Assembly: GCF_016432865.1 (NCBI RefSeq)
Contig: NC_067398.1
Location: 84,630,001 to 84,694,000 of the forward strand
Length of the DNA stretch: 64,000 nucleotides
From: Antechinus flavipes
Taxonomy: Eukaryota
Direction of reading: 5' to 3'
The position numbers and the translations under genes are program-made. Under the pieces are notes generated by a model. The model saw only the letters and a list, made by a program, of their open reading frames with translations, had not been told where the DNA came from and did not search any database. This document shows positions 11,826 through 44,800 of this stretch, in pieces. Every line of letters begins with the position of its first letter. Within the stretch, counting starts at the first letter, position 1.

Positions 11826-11858
11826 TGGACTAAGGAGAGATTGTGTGGACTTGGGTGA
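11826..11858. promoter_or_regulatory. Candidate HNF4-type sites in the MST1 proximal promoter
   Basis: TGGACTAAGG (11826) and TGGACTTGGG (11846) resemble the HNF4 TGGACTTTG motif, about 90-120 bp upstream of the ATG. Liver expression of MST1 is known to depend on HNF4. Confidence 0.5.
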
Positions 11859-11942
11859 ACCTCTCCTGGATTAAAGAGGGGTAGGAGAGAGGGAGAAAGG
11901 TGCCCAGGATCAACCTAGTCTGAAAATCCTACAACAGAGAGG

Positions 11943-31374
<19,432 letters not shown>

Positions 31375-31700
31375 GGGAGGCAAAGAACGCTCCTTTCTCC
31401 AGGGGCGCCCATGCTGGCCTTTTTATCTCTACCCATTTTGGGGCTCTCACTGGTCCTTCTCTAGGACTGGGAGATGCAGCTCTGGCCCGCCTTCTTCAGG
31501 AGATCTTTCCTGGGGATTCCCCCAAGTAAGGCCTCCCCCTAAGGGTCTCTTCCACCAACTCGGCATTCACGTTCTAAGTCATCTGTGCTGTCTGCCCCAT
31601 CCTAAGGGAAGCTCCACGAGAGGGGTGGGGATGGGGGGCAGTTGTGCTCTCACTTTGTATCTGCTGGCTTAAGACAATGCCCATCACAGAGGAAGCACTT

Positions 31701-31706
31701 AATAAA
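31701..31706 (+). terminator. Probable MST1 poly(A) signal
   Basis: The only AATAAA I found on + between the MST1 stop and the APEH stop. Confidence 0.6.
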
Positions 31707-32024
31707 ATGCTCACTGAAAACCTGTGCATGCTCTCATTGTCAAGGCTAGGTGATGTGGCAGTGGAATGGACAGCAGAAAGCATATTTCAGAGGCCTCAAG
31801 CTGACCCCTCCTTCCTGTGGGGCTCAGTCAGCCCCTGCAGCCCCCTCTCCCTGCTCTGGGGGAAAAGCTGAGCCACCTCACTACTGGCAGGGGTGCGGGC
31901 TCAAGGGTGGGAGCCCATGCCCAAGTGGAACAAGCTTCAGCCTTCACCAAGGCTTCTGGAGAAGAACTCCTGCTATTCTCACAAAAAAAGAAGCCCAGAA
32001 AGTCATCTTTTCACCAGGGTCATG

Positions 32025-32030
32025 TTTATT
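32025..32030 (-). terminator. Probable APEH poly(A) signal
   Basis: The only TTTATT I found between the MST1 stop and the APEH stop. Confidence 0.65.
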
Positions 32031-32733
32031 AGCACATACCTCTGCTGAGCGCTGTCAGGACTTGTGGTCCACAATGGGCCTAGTACCTAGTCTTAGGGGC
32101 CAACTAGAGTCAGGTATGGAACACAGGAATTAGCTAGATGGCCTCTGGGAGATTCAGTTCAAACCCCCCATTTAGCAGATGAGGAAATGGGCCAAATGCT
32201 CTTCTCTCTACATCTTGCTTCTGGCTTCCTAAAAAGCATCCCCTAAAGCACCAAGACAAGGGCTTAGCACCAGGGCCAGCCCTTAGGGCTTATCCAATGG
32301 GCTTGTGGAAAGTGCCCAAACTCAACCCCAAAGAGCAACTTTGCAGGTTAGCAATCAGATATCAAAATGTACACAACTGCCCCCTCTGCACCCCGCCACT
32401 GTCCTCCAAGATGGAATCAGGCTGGACAGGCCCACCCTGTAAGCCTGGGTGGGAGGCACAGATGGTTCCTTAGTGGTTCAGCTGAAGGTCTCGGTCTATT
32501 CTTTGGCCAGACAGGTTAGTGGGAATCCTCATCTCCCTTCTGCCTGGGAAGGGCTATAGTACGCACAGCCTGGGGGGCTACATCAGGATCCTCCTCTTTA
32601 GCTCATTATGAATCCTTTGTTAAGACAGCTTGGAGAACGGAAATGTCAGTATTGCGTTATCACAGCACGGGGTAAGAGAGAAGGGCCAGGGCCAGGGCCA
32701 GGTGGGCAGGGGCCCGACCCTGCTCCCTGCTCC

Positions 32734-32839
32734 TCAGCACTCCAGGTGCGTCCGCATCCAAAGGACGGCATTCATGAAGCTGTCAGATTCCACTTCCACC
32801 TCAGAGAGGGAGTGGTTGCTCCTGGGATACAGCAAGAAC
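32734..32839 (-). CDS. APEH: APEH exon 22 (catalytic His, stop)
   Basis: [34 protein letters not shown]. Confidence 0.97.
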
Positions 32840-35800
32840 CTGGAAGACACAGGATATCTCACAGATGCAGCCTTCCTCCCTGGCAGAGAGCTGCCCCCAA
32901 GGGGTGCCCAACCACTTAATTCAGAACTCCTGGGCTCCTGGGACCCACCAGTCAGTTCCCAGAGAGGAGACAATCTACACTCACCGCACAGGTACCTTCC
33001 TGGCTACGAGAGCCCTGTAGTACTCCATACCCTGTTTGTAAGGGACGCGTTTGTCTTCTTGGCCAAGCATGAGGAGAAGGGGCGTCTTAACCTGGGGAGG
33101 AAAGGTGGAACAGTGCTTTTGCCTGTGGCCCGGCTGCTAGCCTGGTGAAGGTGGGGGGCAGAAGGAGGTACCGCACCTGAGAAGCATACTTGATTGGTGA
33201 TTTGTTCAGCATCTCTGCCCAGGTGGTGGGGTCAGGGAGGCAATCAGAAGTGTAGAGAAAGCCTGCTTCTACCATGCACCTGTGGAGAGGCCAGACTGAG
33301 CAACGCCCTCTCAGCTTCTTTCTTCGGACTTCTTACACACAGACCAGAGGGAGAGGATGGAGCGATGCTGGTTGGTCTTTTCCCTCGACTAGCTTCATGA
33401 GGGGGGATCAAGAAAAATCCCCCCCTGGCCAGGGTCCAGAGGGACACTGTCCCTCTGATCACAGGGTCCTTCACTCAGGAGGCCAGGACCATCTGGAACC
33501 TTCTAGCAGATGCTACTGGAATGGGTCTGGGGCCTAGAGGCTTCTCTCTCAGTCATATTAACCCCGGCCTGTCAGATGCGGAGTAAGAAGGCAATCCTTC
33601 TCTAGCCTTTGGGGGTGAAGCTGATACTGCCACAGGAGGGGGGCATGGGGTCAGGGTTGGCTCTCTCCCAGCCCCCTGGAGTGCAAGGCACACTCACCAG
33701 TCAGGAATGTCAGTAGAGCAGAACATAGATGCCACATTGATGACAGGATTCCTAACTACACAGGCCCTGTAGGAGTCTGGATACTGGCCAATCAAGTGGC
33801 AAGACAGGAAGCCCCCGTGGGATCCTCCCATGAGAGCCACTCGATTCCTATCAAACTCCTCCTCCTGGAGCACCTGTTCCACGGCAAACTGCAATAGCAG
33901 AGAAGGAAGAGCTGTGGCAGATCTTCTCTGGGCTTTCTGCCTCTCCACAAGGAAGGCTGCGACCCACAGGGAAAGGATTGAGGCCCAGCCATTTCTGCTA
34001 GGCCCTGGCTAGCACGTGACCAAAGGACATGAGCTGCCATTCCCTTTAAACAGGAAGAGGGAGAGCACATCCCTGTGGCAGAGATGGACTGTTAGTCAAC
34101 AGGGCAATGGCTGTCCAAGGGAACCTGGATGAGGGAGCAGAAGGCTGAGAGGCCTGGCAGACCACAGGCCTCAGACACTGTTAGTCAAGGGGGCAAGGAA
34201 TAATGGCAGGGAGACTCTATGGTGTGGGCCCCATAGAACAGAGCTCAAAAAGGGAGCTTTAGCCCTGGTCACAGCACAAAGAGGCGGTCTCCAGCCAAGG
34301 CTTGGGGCAGACCATAAGCTCCAAGCTGGGCTTATCTCGGGGCTAAGGAGCCAGCTTTTCATTCCCTCCAGGGGTAACTGTACTTCCTATACCTGCTCAT
34401 CCCATACCTGAACATCCTTCACGTCTTGGTCTCCCACATTCCCAGGGAGGGAGTAGATGCTATCCTGTCCAAAGCCTGTGGAACCTCGATAGTTCACTGC
34501 AAACAGAGGGAGAGACTAAGAGGTGATCAGGGCAATACCCTTGTCTAGGTAGCATAGAAGGGGTCTGTACATCTTGGGGGTATTACGTTTTTCCTCAAGT
34601 TCCTTGTGCTGCTTATTCAAATAAGTATTAGCACTTTTCCTAAGTGTTAGCACTCTTTTAGAATTTAACAATTGGACAACGTAGTATAAAAAGTGTAGTA
34701 TAAGAAAAGTTCTGGGTTGGGAAGCAGAGGACCCGGCTCCATTTCTGCAGGGAGCCAGTCCCGTTCCAGTAGAAGATGCTGCACGATCCCCTTGCCCCAT
34801 CTGGGCAAGGATGCTGCCCCCAGGCCCTCACTCACCTAGCAGGACAGCAAAGCCCATCTTACAGAGAACAGCAGGAAACAGCATCCAGCTTGCCACAAAA
34901 GATGAATGGGGTCCCCCTAGGAGACAGGGTGAAGTTAGGCAAGAGGAGCTCCAGAAGGGAGGGGTGTGAGGCAGGGAGAGTAGGAGGCCTACCGTGAGGC
35001 ATGACCACCAGGGGAACCTGGGACTTCTCAGCTTTTCTGGGGGGCTGCAGGAGGATTGCTTCAAAGTCAAGGCCAGCTACAAGGGAAAAAACCAGGACAG
35101 TCAGCTAGAGAAAGCTCAACATTTCGAAGAATGTTCTTAGAGATCATGAGTTTGCCAAGCCAGAGCCGGGCTTCCATGGAAGGGAACACCACAGATTCTT
35201 GGAGGAGGACTCAGAGAAAAGGGCCCAACAACTTGCCAAAAGGGCTACACCACCCTCCTCCCACTGGGGAGAAGCCCAGGGAGCAGAGACCCAGGAAGGC
35301 ACTCAGACAAAGGCTGCCAACAGGCACTCTGGAGGCTGGGCCTGCTCTCCCAGAGCGATGGGGAAGGAGGCAGTGATCTCAGGGCAAACCTCAGGGACTG
35401 TGGGGGAGAGCCCTTGCCCCCCACCACAGCGCGAGACCTGACTTTGGGCCGATGGTTCTCTGGAACTTGGGCTGATGGACGTGAGGCTCCCAAGGGCCAG
35501 GCCCCCCCTCCCCAGCCCATGTGCAGAGCTCCGATGGGGTGGGAGCCAGGAGCCACCCTCCTGCCTGTGCCCAGAGGTCTGCCCACCATGGGGGTGCCAT
35601 GAACTTTCATCTTGCTGCTTTCACTGTCTTCTGCGGGGGACCCTGTCATGCTACATGCCTCACCTAGCTGGCCTGCAGTTTCCTGAATACGTGGGTCCTG
35701 ACCCTTGGGCCCGTGAGATACTTTGTCATCATATTAAGCTTTGATTGTTAGAATTGAGCAGCCCTCATGAAACCTTGGGCAGAGAAGAAAACTGTGTTAC

Positions 35801-38800
35801 TCCTCACTCTGGGAATCAGTTTTCCCGCTTGTAAAATAAGGGGCTTGGTCTAAATGGTGTTCTACAATTCCTTCTAGCTGGGACGGTCTATGTTCTGAGT
35901 CTGAAGCAGTCCTGGCGTCGGCTCACGGCAAATGAGCTTGTAAAGTTATGACCGACTGAAATATCAGCACCATTACAACAATGGCGTACAAAAGCTGCTA
36001 AGTTATGAGGCAAAATCTGAAGAGTCACTAATGTCGCACTGCACTGGAACAGCAAACTCAGAGTTCCCGGGGATTTTTGCCTGTGGCGTACAAGGGAAAC
36101 ACAGCCGGATCCACCAAAGAAGCCCCTCAGGGACAGGAACAGAGAGTATGTGGAAGGGCCGGTCACTTCATAGAATTTGGAGGAGTCCGCTTCTGCCCAT
36201 CCAGGGGATCCTGCCCCTGCAGGGACTAGCGTGTCCCAATTCCCTTCCCTGGACGACTCCCGCTCACTCACGGTACTTTGGGTTCTCTTGCTCAGGAGGT
36301 GGTTTCAGGACACGGATGGCCCAAGTGATTTCTGGGATGGATTCTGCATCTTCCAGGGTTACCCAGTGGATCTCTTGCTCCTTCCCTGAAGGAGGCAGGA
36401 AGCCCACTTTCTACCAAGGAGAGAAAACCTGTTACAGAAGAATCTGTTTCTTCAGTTGAAGTACTAAAATTTACCATTGGATCAGATTTCTCAAGTTTGA
36501 AATGAAAAGGTGGGAGCTAGGCAGCGAGCATGTGACAGATATTTCATAACAAGGTCAAAGGACCTTATTGAGACATGCCTTCCTCTTTAATTAAGCCTTA
36601 GTTTGAGCCTCAAGGTCGAATTATGGAGTGTAACTAAAAGCTTAAAACATATCCTCTGAATAGAGAAGACTGGCGAGACTTACATGAACTGATGCTGAGT
36701 GAAATGAGCAGAACCAGGAGATCATTATATACCTCAACAACGATACTGTTTGAGGATGTATTCTGATGGAAGTGGATCTCTTCGATAAAGAGAGCCTTAA
36801 TTGATCGAGGATGGACAGAAGCAGCTACACCCAGAGAAAGAACACTGGGAAATGAATATAAACTGCTTGCATTTTTGTTTTTCTTCCAGGGTTATTTATA
36901 CCTTCTGAATTCGATTCTCCCTGTGCAACAAGAGAACTGTTCGGTTCTGCACACATATGTTGTATCTAGGATATACTGTAACCCATTCAACATGTATAGG
37001 ACTGCTTGCCATCTGGGGGAAGGGGTGGAGGGAGGGAGGGGAAAAATCGGAACAGAAGGGAATGCAAGGGATAATGCTGTAAAAAATTACCCTGGCACGC
37101 GTTCTATCAATAAAAAGTTATTTAAAAAAAAAATATCCTCGAGGACAGGTCTGGCCCAGAAATCTCTATGTGCCCAGTCCAGCCTCTCTGCTAACCAGTC
37201 CTACATTGTCAGACTCAAGACGTCTGGAAGGACACATCTGACCTCCTCCTGATCTAAGCCTCTGGCTTTTGCTCTGAAAGAAAGGTGAGCATGCCGTCAT
37301 TTTCTGTGAGTCCCCCTGTTATGGTGGGAATATCACCACTGTCTTTAATTCTGGCCTCAGGGGCGGGGGACCACAGGGAGCCTCTTCTACTGAGAAAAAC
37401 TGTCTCTTTTTAGTCTGAAAGAGGAATTATATGGCTCTCTCCATGTAAGAGACCCATCACACACAGACCTGGATGGGTTTTATAAAAATCTACTAGGTTT
37501 ATCCTAGCATATCTTGAAACTTTGGAGAAATCAAAAAGAAGTAGAAATTGAAGGAAGAGCAAAAACTGGTCTAAATGTCCAGATCCAATCCTTCCCCAGT
37601 AGAATTGTGATTCTGTTTTTTTCCCCATTTCAAAGGCATCTGAAGTACTTACCAAGCTTGGTGGTTGGTTAGGAGTGGAGAACTGAACTAGCATGAGATC
37701 TTGGTCAATCGTGAGCAACTTCCAGCTTCCCAAAGGTAACCCTAGAATGCATCAAAAGGGGGCTGAGGGACCCTTAGACACAAATGCCTCACCACTGCCC
37801 TAGCCCCAGAACAAAGATGGGTCCAGTTACTAAATAGACCTTTCAAATGTGCTGAGTTCAAGGCAGACTTGCACTTTCCCTACCCTCAATACCGTGCCAG
37901 TATCTCTCAGGCACAGAGTCTGTATTAAATATTTAGTACTTAATTATTTTTGACAGATACTGTTGGCTGTTTTCCCATGTTTGCTGGTTTTTCCAAAAAG
38001 ACTATGAATGTATTAAGAAAGAGACCAGATCTCACATTTGTATTCAACAATTCAGTTGGCTAGCACAGGGCTGAGGATACACAGGTGTTCAATGAATGAG
38101 AACTATTTTTGGACATGGTCATTTGGGAAATTTGTTTTGCTTGACTATACCACTTACTTTTTTTTCTTCTTCTTTTTTTTTTTTTCAATGGTAGGTGGGT
38201 AGGAGGGAAAGTAAAGAAATTTTTGTAAATTGAAAAATAAAAATATTAAAGAAAGATGAGGTTGGAGGGCTAATTTGGAACATATGAAAGCCCAGCACCT
38301 GTTGGAGCAGCTCATACCCCTTGCCCAATAGTAAATCAGAATGTGCTGCCCAGGGGATCATAGTGACTTTGAACTTTCAAGTTTTTGGAGAGCACTGAAC
38401 TAACTCATTCACTTTCCATGCCCTACCAGTTGTCAGGGAGGTCATACTGCCTGTTTGGATATTCACTGCAAACAGATCCTGTAGGAAAAAAAGGGGACAA
38501 AGAATAGTTCCAGGTTAGAGCATGAACTCAGTACCAAGTGAGTATTTTTTACAATGATGTTTTGTATTTCTCTAGTTCCTAGTGGTCTAAAAGGAAACAA
38601 TCTTCATGGTTCACAATATCTTTCATTGTCCTCAAGTGGGCAGTTGTCTCTATGTGCCTGATGCTGAATATAATGAAAAGAACTCTGGGGCTGGACTCTG
38701 GAGGCCTGCCTTTACATGTCAGCTCTGGCACCTCCTATCTGTGTGACTTTGGGCAGGCTGTTTCACTTCTCTGGGTCTCTGAATATCCACATGCTAATGC

Positions 38801-41800
38801 AAGTGCTAATAGCACTAATTCACAGGTGGGGACATTTGTGCCATGGGTTGCACAAGGTCTGTGATATCATTTGGTCTGGCCCTACCAAGCCAACCACAGA
38901 CAATGATGAGCTGAACGTTAGGTACAACAACTTCCCGCTGCTTGAGTTTTTAAGTTGATAATTTTGTATGGCTCGTGAATGATGTTATAAACATCCAATG
39001 TCCCTTGGCAGAAACAAGGTTCCCCATCCCTGCCCTAGATCCTCTGCCTCCCTATGGTTGTCTTGGTCTCTGATTGGCAAAAAAAAAAGAACACAAATTC
39101 TCCTTCTGAATCCTATATCATCACCATCATTCTCTAGAGGCAGAAAAACTTAGAGAGAATGAGATACCGATGGGAAGTGCTGGCAGCTTTTTAGAAAAGA
39201 AAGCCTGAGGGAGGAGGGAGGCTAACTACTGTCTAACTGGTTCCACTTTCCTTCTCCCTCACTCAGAAGTCAGCTACGTGGGACATACTAGGGAGACATC
39301 TTCCTAAGCCCTAACAATAAGAAAGGGAGACTAGACAAGAATCTCCTTCTCCTTTCTCATTCCCTCTAAAAATTCAACTCCTTCTGAGATAAATCATAAT
39401 TTAAAAGTATTAAATGAGAATGGTTCAGTTGTCACTTAAAACCTGGGCAAGGATTAGTTAAGTCAATATATAACTAGTTTCAAGGGCCCCAGCAAAGACA
39501 AGAGATGCCATTTCCAAGTACAGCATGCTGCCCAATACTAAATGTATTCTTATAGCAAGATTCTTCTCACCTGTCGGCTCCGCAGGCCAGAATCAAAGAC
39601 GACTCTCTGACTATCAGCTGACCAGCATCCCAAAGGCAACAGGCTACAGAAGATTCCACAAAAGGAACCTAAGGAAAAAAATCAGATCTGTAATAATATC
39701 TTAGAAAACACATGACTTTCAACAGCTTTTTCACTACCCAAGGAATAAAAGTTTAGACCTCTGAGAAGGAAACTTAGGACTCAAGAGATGGAGGAACACT
39801 TGGAGACTCGTGTCTGCTTCAGTGCTCAGAAAGGAATGAGAAGACAAGAGGATAAGAAAGTGAATTCTATTTCCACTTATGTACCTTTGGAATCAAGTCT
39901 GGCTTAGGAGGTGAATGTAGAAAACAGCTGGTCCTGCAGGATTAAAAACTAACCAAGGAGAGAAAGAGAAATACTATTTGGGGCTGGAATTAATCCCTGG
40001 GTAAGAGAAGGGCCCATTCAGGAAAAAAAAAAGCAATCTTCACAGAATTTCTTAGAAATCTGGCTGAAGACTATCAGGATCCTAAGGTGGATAAGAGTTT
40101 TAAGGTGAGAAAAAAAAATGGAAGTAGAGTATCTTCACTGCATAGAACAAAAAAGGAATATGGGCAGCTTTGGAGTTTGTTTAGGGAAAGAAACCTCCTG
40201 TTGGCCTGAATTCTGATGTTTTTCCCCTTTAAAATTTTGGGACTTCCATTTTCTCATCTTAAAAATTGGCACAAAGACATACTTAGTTTCTAGAGTAATT
40301 AAGAACAATTCTATTAAACTAACTGCATAGAAGTCTGGGCATGAAATAGAGCCTAAAAACAGGTATAAGTTTATGGGGCATCCTGTAACAAAACCTAAAT
40401 CATAATTTTTGCCAATTTTTCTATATTTGGAGTTTCCATACTTCTTAACAGAGTAACTGAGGACATCTCTTTCCTAATCAGTAAAATGAGGTTATTAATA
40501 CTTCTACAGAAACATCTGGTGAGCCTTAAAAGCACTGGATGAGTGTTGTTGTTGTTATTGTTATTGATTCTCTTTGAACAGCTAGATCTTTGCTATTCAG
40601 CTAAGTTACAAAAGTGGAGCCCAAATACCACTTAATCCTCCTGAAGCTTAAGTTGCACAGTAACACTAAAAACTTTCTTAAAATGATTTAGAATATATTC
40701 CTAAACAAGGGTTGATTATCATATGAGTAAAATCATATTTAACGTACATACAACATGTGTGTACGTAAGAGAGGCAGTTAGTTGTTGTGGTGGATAGAGA
40801 GCACTTGACTTTGAATGAAGAAGAGCTGGTTTCATATTCATATTTGGCTTCTGATACATATTAGTTGTCTCACCCTGGCAGATCTCCTAACCATGCTTGC
40901 CTCAGTTTCTTCACATGTAAACTGGGGATAATAACAGCATCTAATTTACGAGATTATTGAAAGGATCAAATGAAATGATGCTTATGAAATACTTAGCCCA
41001 GTGCTTGGCGCTTGTTGCATCCTCACCTATGAAATCATAGGGTCAGTCTCTATCCCTCCGCATCTAGTGTACACGTGTTTATGTCTAACATCAGTGGCTT
41101 TATCTGCATACAAAATGAACCTAAGGTGTTGACCTAAGGCACACCCAGAATCACCCAGGTAATTCTGAGATCATGCCATGAAAGCTGAATGTGAGCCCTG
41201 ACCAGATAGGATCTCTGGGCAGAGGAAGCAAGTGGCTGATCAGGATTACAAGGTATTATAGTATTGTAAGAGGAAAAGGGTACCAATCTAGAAAAAGGGA
41301 CTCCTTTTCTGCAGATGAGGGGCTTTAGGTTTCTAGAAAAGCCTCATAATACAAGATGCAAAGTAACTCTCAAGGGTAAAAAGGAGGACTTAGCAACCCA
41401 GTGAGCCTCTTGGGGCAGGTCTTCAAAGGTTTCAAGGCCCCAACCCCTGCAAAGCTTCATTCTAATGTATATTTTCTATCCCCAGAGGCAGGACTATTTC
41501 TAGTCACAACAGCAGCTAGGGCTGCTCAGGCTTAGCTGGATTAGGCCTGACCAACCCTACTGCTACCTCTAAGTAATGAAATTGTTACTTGGTTACATTT
41601 TTCTAGGAAAGGACAATTCAACATAGGATGAACTGATAAAGGCCATAACAGGGTTTTCTTTTCAACTGAGAATATAATTTGTGGTCTTTGAATCTAGATC
41701 TAAACTACACTCCAAAGCCAGATCTTGCATTTTTTCAAACAGGAGACGATAGGAAGGCTGCTTAGGCAGCGGCTAATTCATGCCTTCCACACAGTGCTGT

Positions 41801-44800
41801 TGTGAAAGGAGTCCATTCTCTGCATATTCCTTGCCACTGATGAGTAGCAGCTTGTTGAGTTCCCTTGCAGTGAGGAGAAAACAGCAGCAGGAGCCTGCAT
41901 TTCTGCAGAGCTTTAGTGTTTGCCAATCACTTTCTTCACACTAACCCAGCAAGGTAAGTACAGATACCAATCTCTCCCTTTGGTGCCTCTGCCTCTGAAA
42001 ACTTGTCAAATTCATGCAGAAATCTAAGGAAAGCAGGTAAGTCTAGCATACAGTCAGAGTTGACAAGCACAAATAGGCCCTTACCCAATGACTGGTTAGT
42101 GATCCTCCCTACAAGGAACTCCCCTGAAGTAGCTACAGCAGCTGCCAGAATATTGAGGTAAAAACTTTACCAACCTCTCTCCTGAGGGAGATGGAGGGAA
42201 ATGGAAGAAAGTCTTACTATTGTCTCTCGAGGCCTGTAAAATGACATTTCTAAGGTACAACATCCCAAACAGAAGAAGTTTCCTTAAAAAGCTAGTCAAC
42301 TCAGATGAACGGAAGCCAGTCACCCTCCTTAACAAGAAGGAGACTTGGGCATCCAGAGCCCATGTTGCCCTACAAGCTCTGCCTCAGTGGGACCCACGGC
42401 CCCTCAAGCTAGGGGCTGCCATGCCAGTGACATTCATTCCAGCCAAGCCAATTCTGTGTGGATCTCTCAAAACTGACTCCAATCCCCTTTTCCAATCTGA
42501 TGTCACATCCGTCTTCTTCAGCATCCTCTGATCCAGCTAAATTGTGTGACTACTGTTCCACATATTGAAAATGCCATTTCCTGACTGCACTTTCCCTTGG
42601 TGGTACTTCTAGAAAGCAGAGTCTATTGGTAACTCCTTTCTGTCAGCCAGTATCACCCTTCATGAAGACTTTCCTGAACCCCTAAAACTGTTAGTGATCT
42701 GTTATCTTGTTTTATATTTGTCCAGGAGAGTATAAGCTTGCTGGGCAAGAGCCATTTATTTTGTCTTTGTAGCCTCAGAAACCTAGTGCTGAAGGGAACT
42801 GTATAAAGCATGGAGCTCTACCCCAAAACTCAGCTCCTGAAAGGCAGCATGTTGTAATGGAAATGATATTGGGTTTAAAATCTAGAGATCTGAGGTATGC
42901 ATGCTGGCTGTGCTCCTTACTACTTGTGTGATTTCAGGCAAATCCTTTTCTGTCCCTGCAACTACTTCCTTAAGTAAGGGGAAGGACTAGATGGACCTGT
43001 CCAGTGACAAAGTCTTAAAGTCACCATTTTGTGTTGCAGTACGAAGTTAGACAATGACTGTGCTTCTGCTAGGAAGAGCTGTAATAATACAACTGTTGGG
43101 GCCTCGTTTCTTCTCACCTAAGCGATCATGAGAGAGGAGTGGGGAAGCTTTAATACTGTACAAATCCTCACAAAAGATAGGTCTATGTAAGCAAATGGTT
43201 GACAGAGATTTGCCAAAGAGTGACACTGAAATTATAACCATAAGCTAGGACAAGGGGCTCTGAGCGAGGGGAGTTGCTGGGATTAAGTATCAATTTAAGG
43301 AAAAGAAGAAAAACTAATTAAGTTGTGCTACCAGGAGCACAGAGAAGGGTGTAGCTCTGCCACAAAGGCATTAACAGAATTCTGGTATGAAACTGGATGA
43401 CAGCAAATAATGAAAAGGGAAAGTTTAGGGATGGAAATAGATATGATCAAATACTCTGAGATCTTAAAACAGCCTGTTCCCAAAACTACAGCAGAGAGAT
43501 GGCCACAAGTCACAGTCCTCAAACTAGTAATTATAGGTTAATAGAGTCTCACCTTCCAATTGTCGGGGCACAACATCCACCACGATTGAGGTGACTTTTG
43601 TGTACCAGTCATACTGAAAGAAAGTGTGAAAATGGTCACATCTTAGCAGATGGAGTTTCATATATCCATCTAAATGGGCTTCCAGGCCAGTTCCACCTGG
43701 GTCTCAGCATCCAGCTCATTAGAGACTAGAGCCCATCTCTTAACCTGGCTCAGAAAAGCCTTGGAAGTTAGTGTTAGAGATAAGGAGGAATGCTGACTGT
43801 CTCTAATAGCATCTGCCTGCCTACAATCTAGAAAGATCTTTTCTACTGTACCCAGATAAGATGTTAACATAGGCTTACAGATGCTTCTTAGGGTATAGTC
43901 CCTCATTATGAGTAGTTATGTCTAACCACCCAAATAAAAAGACAACTCAAAACTGCCAAGTATGATTTAGTGAGAGCTCTTCAAACTAACAGGCAAGAAG
44001 AATCTTTGCCCTAAACTGATTTTCCTTCATTACTTAGGGGTGTTATCTCCAGTTCAAAGAGAAGATGCACGGATATGTTCCAGGATATGCTAAGTCAATC
44101 CCTTCACTTTTATTAAAGCACCTACTATGACCTAGGCAATGTGCTAGACACTGCAGATAAAAATACAACAAATGAAACAATTCTTACTCACAAGTTTATC
44201 TTCTAGAAGGAAAAACAAGGACATATATTAATATAGCTAGAATGATACTAAATGTCGGTAGCTATTACTGTTCATGCTCAGTATATGGATTTTGCAGAAC
44301 TCAATGAACCACTACTGCCTCTAGCTGAGCAACAAGAAGTGATCATTCACCAATACAGATACCATGATATAAGACATATTCTAGATGACCTCTAGAGAGG
44401 TGAGACTCAAAGGCAGTAGCTGACTCCCTCATCTCAACAGTCGGTGGCAGGCTTATTCCAGACTCACCAAGCACAACTGGCTGCACTGCTGATGGGGACT
44501 GAGGTTTGTGTACCGCAAATAGATGATACGGCATTGGTCTGGACTCAGTCTTGGGGAACACACAGCCATGGAGTCATCAGAAAGGAGCTCTGAGACAGGA
44601 AAGAAAATATGAGAAAGGGCACATCCCATATACTGGAAAAAAGGCACAACACTGGACTGCAACAAGATTTAAAAGGTGGGCATGGCTGGATAATTATGAT
44701 ATGTTTTGTTTTTGAATTGTTGCTACTGAAATTAGTGGTGTTTTGCATGTAGGATTTAGTCTTTGAACTATGTTACTCATAAAAGTCACATTTTTTGATA

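Noticed and set aside
38905-38925. ATGATGA next to CTGA, like snoRNA C and D boxes
   Set aside because: The boxes are adjacent with no guide region and lie on the strand opposite the host transcript.
43670-43906. 78-aa minus-strand ORF in APEH intron 10 with protein-like composition
   Set aside because: No recognisable homology and no convincing splice sites; APEH is complete without it.
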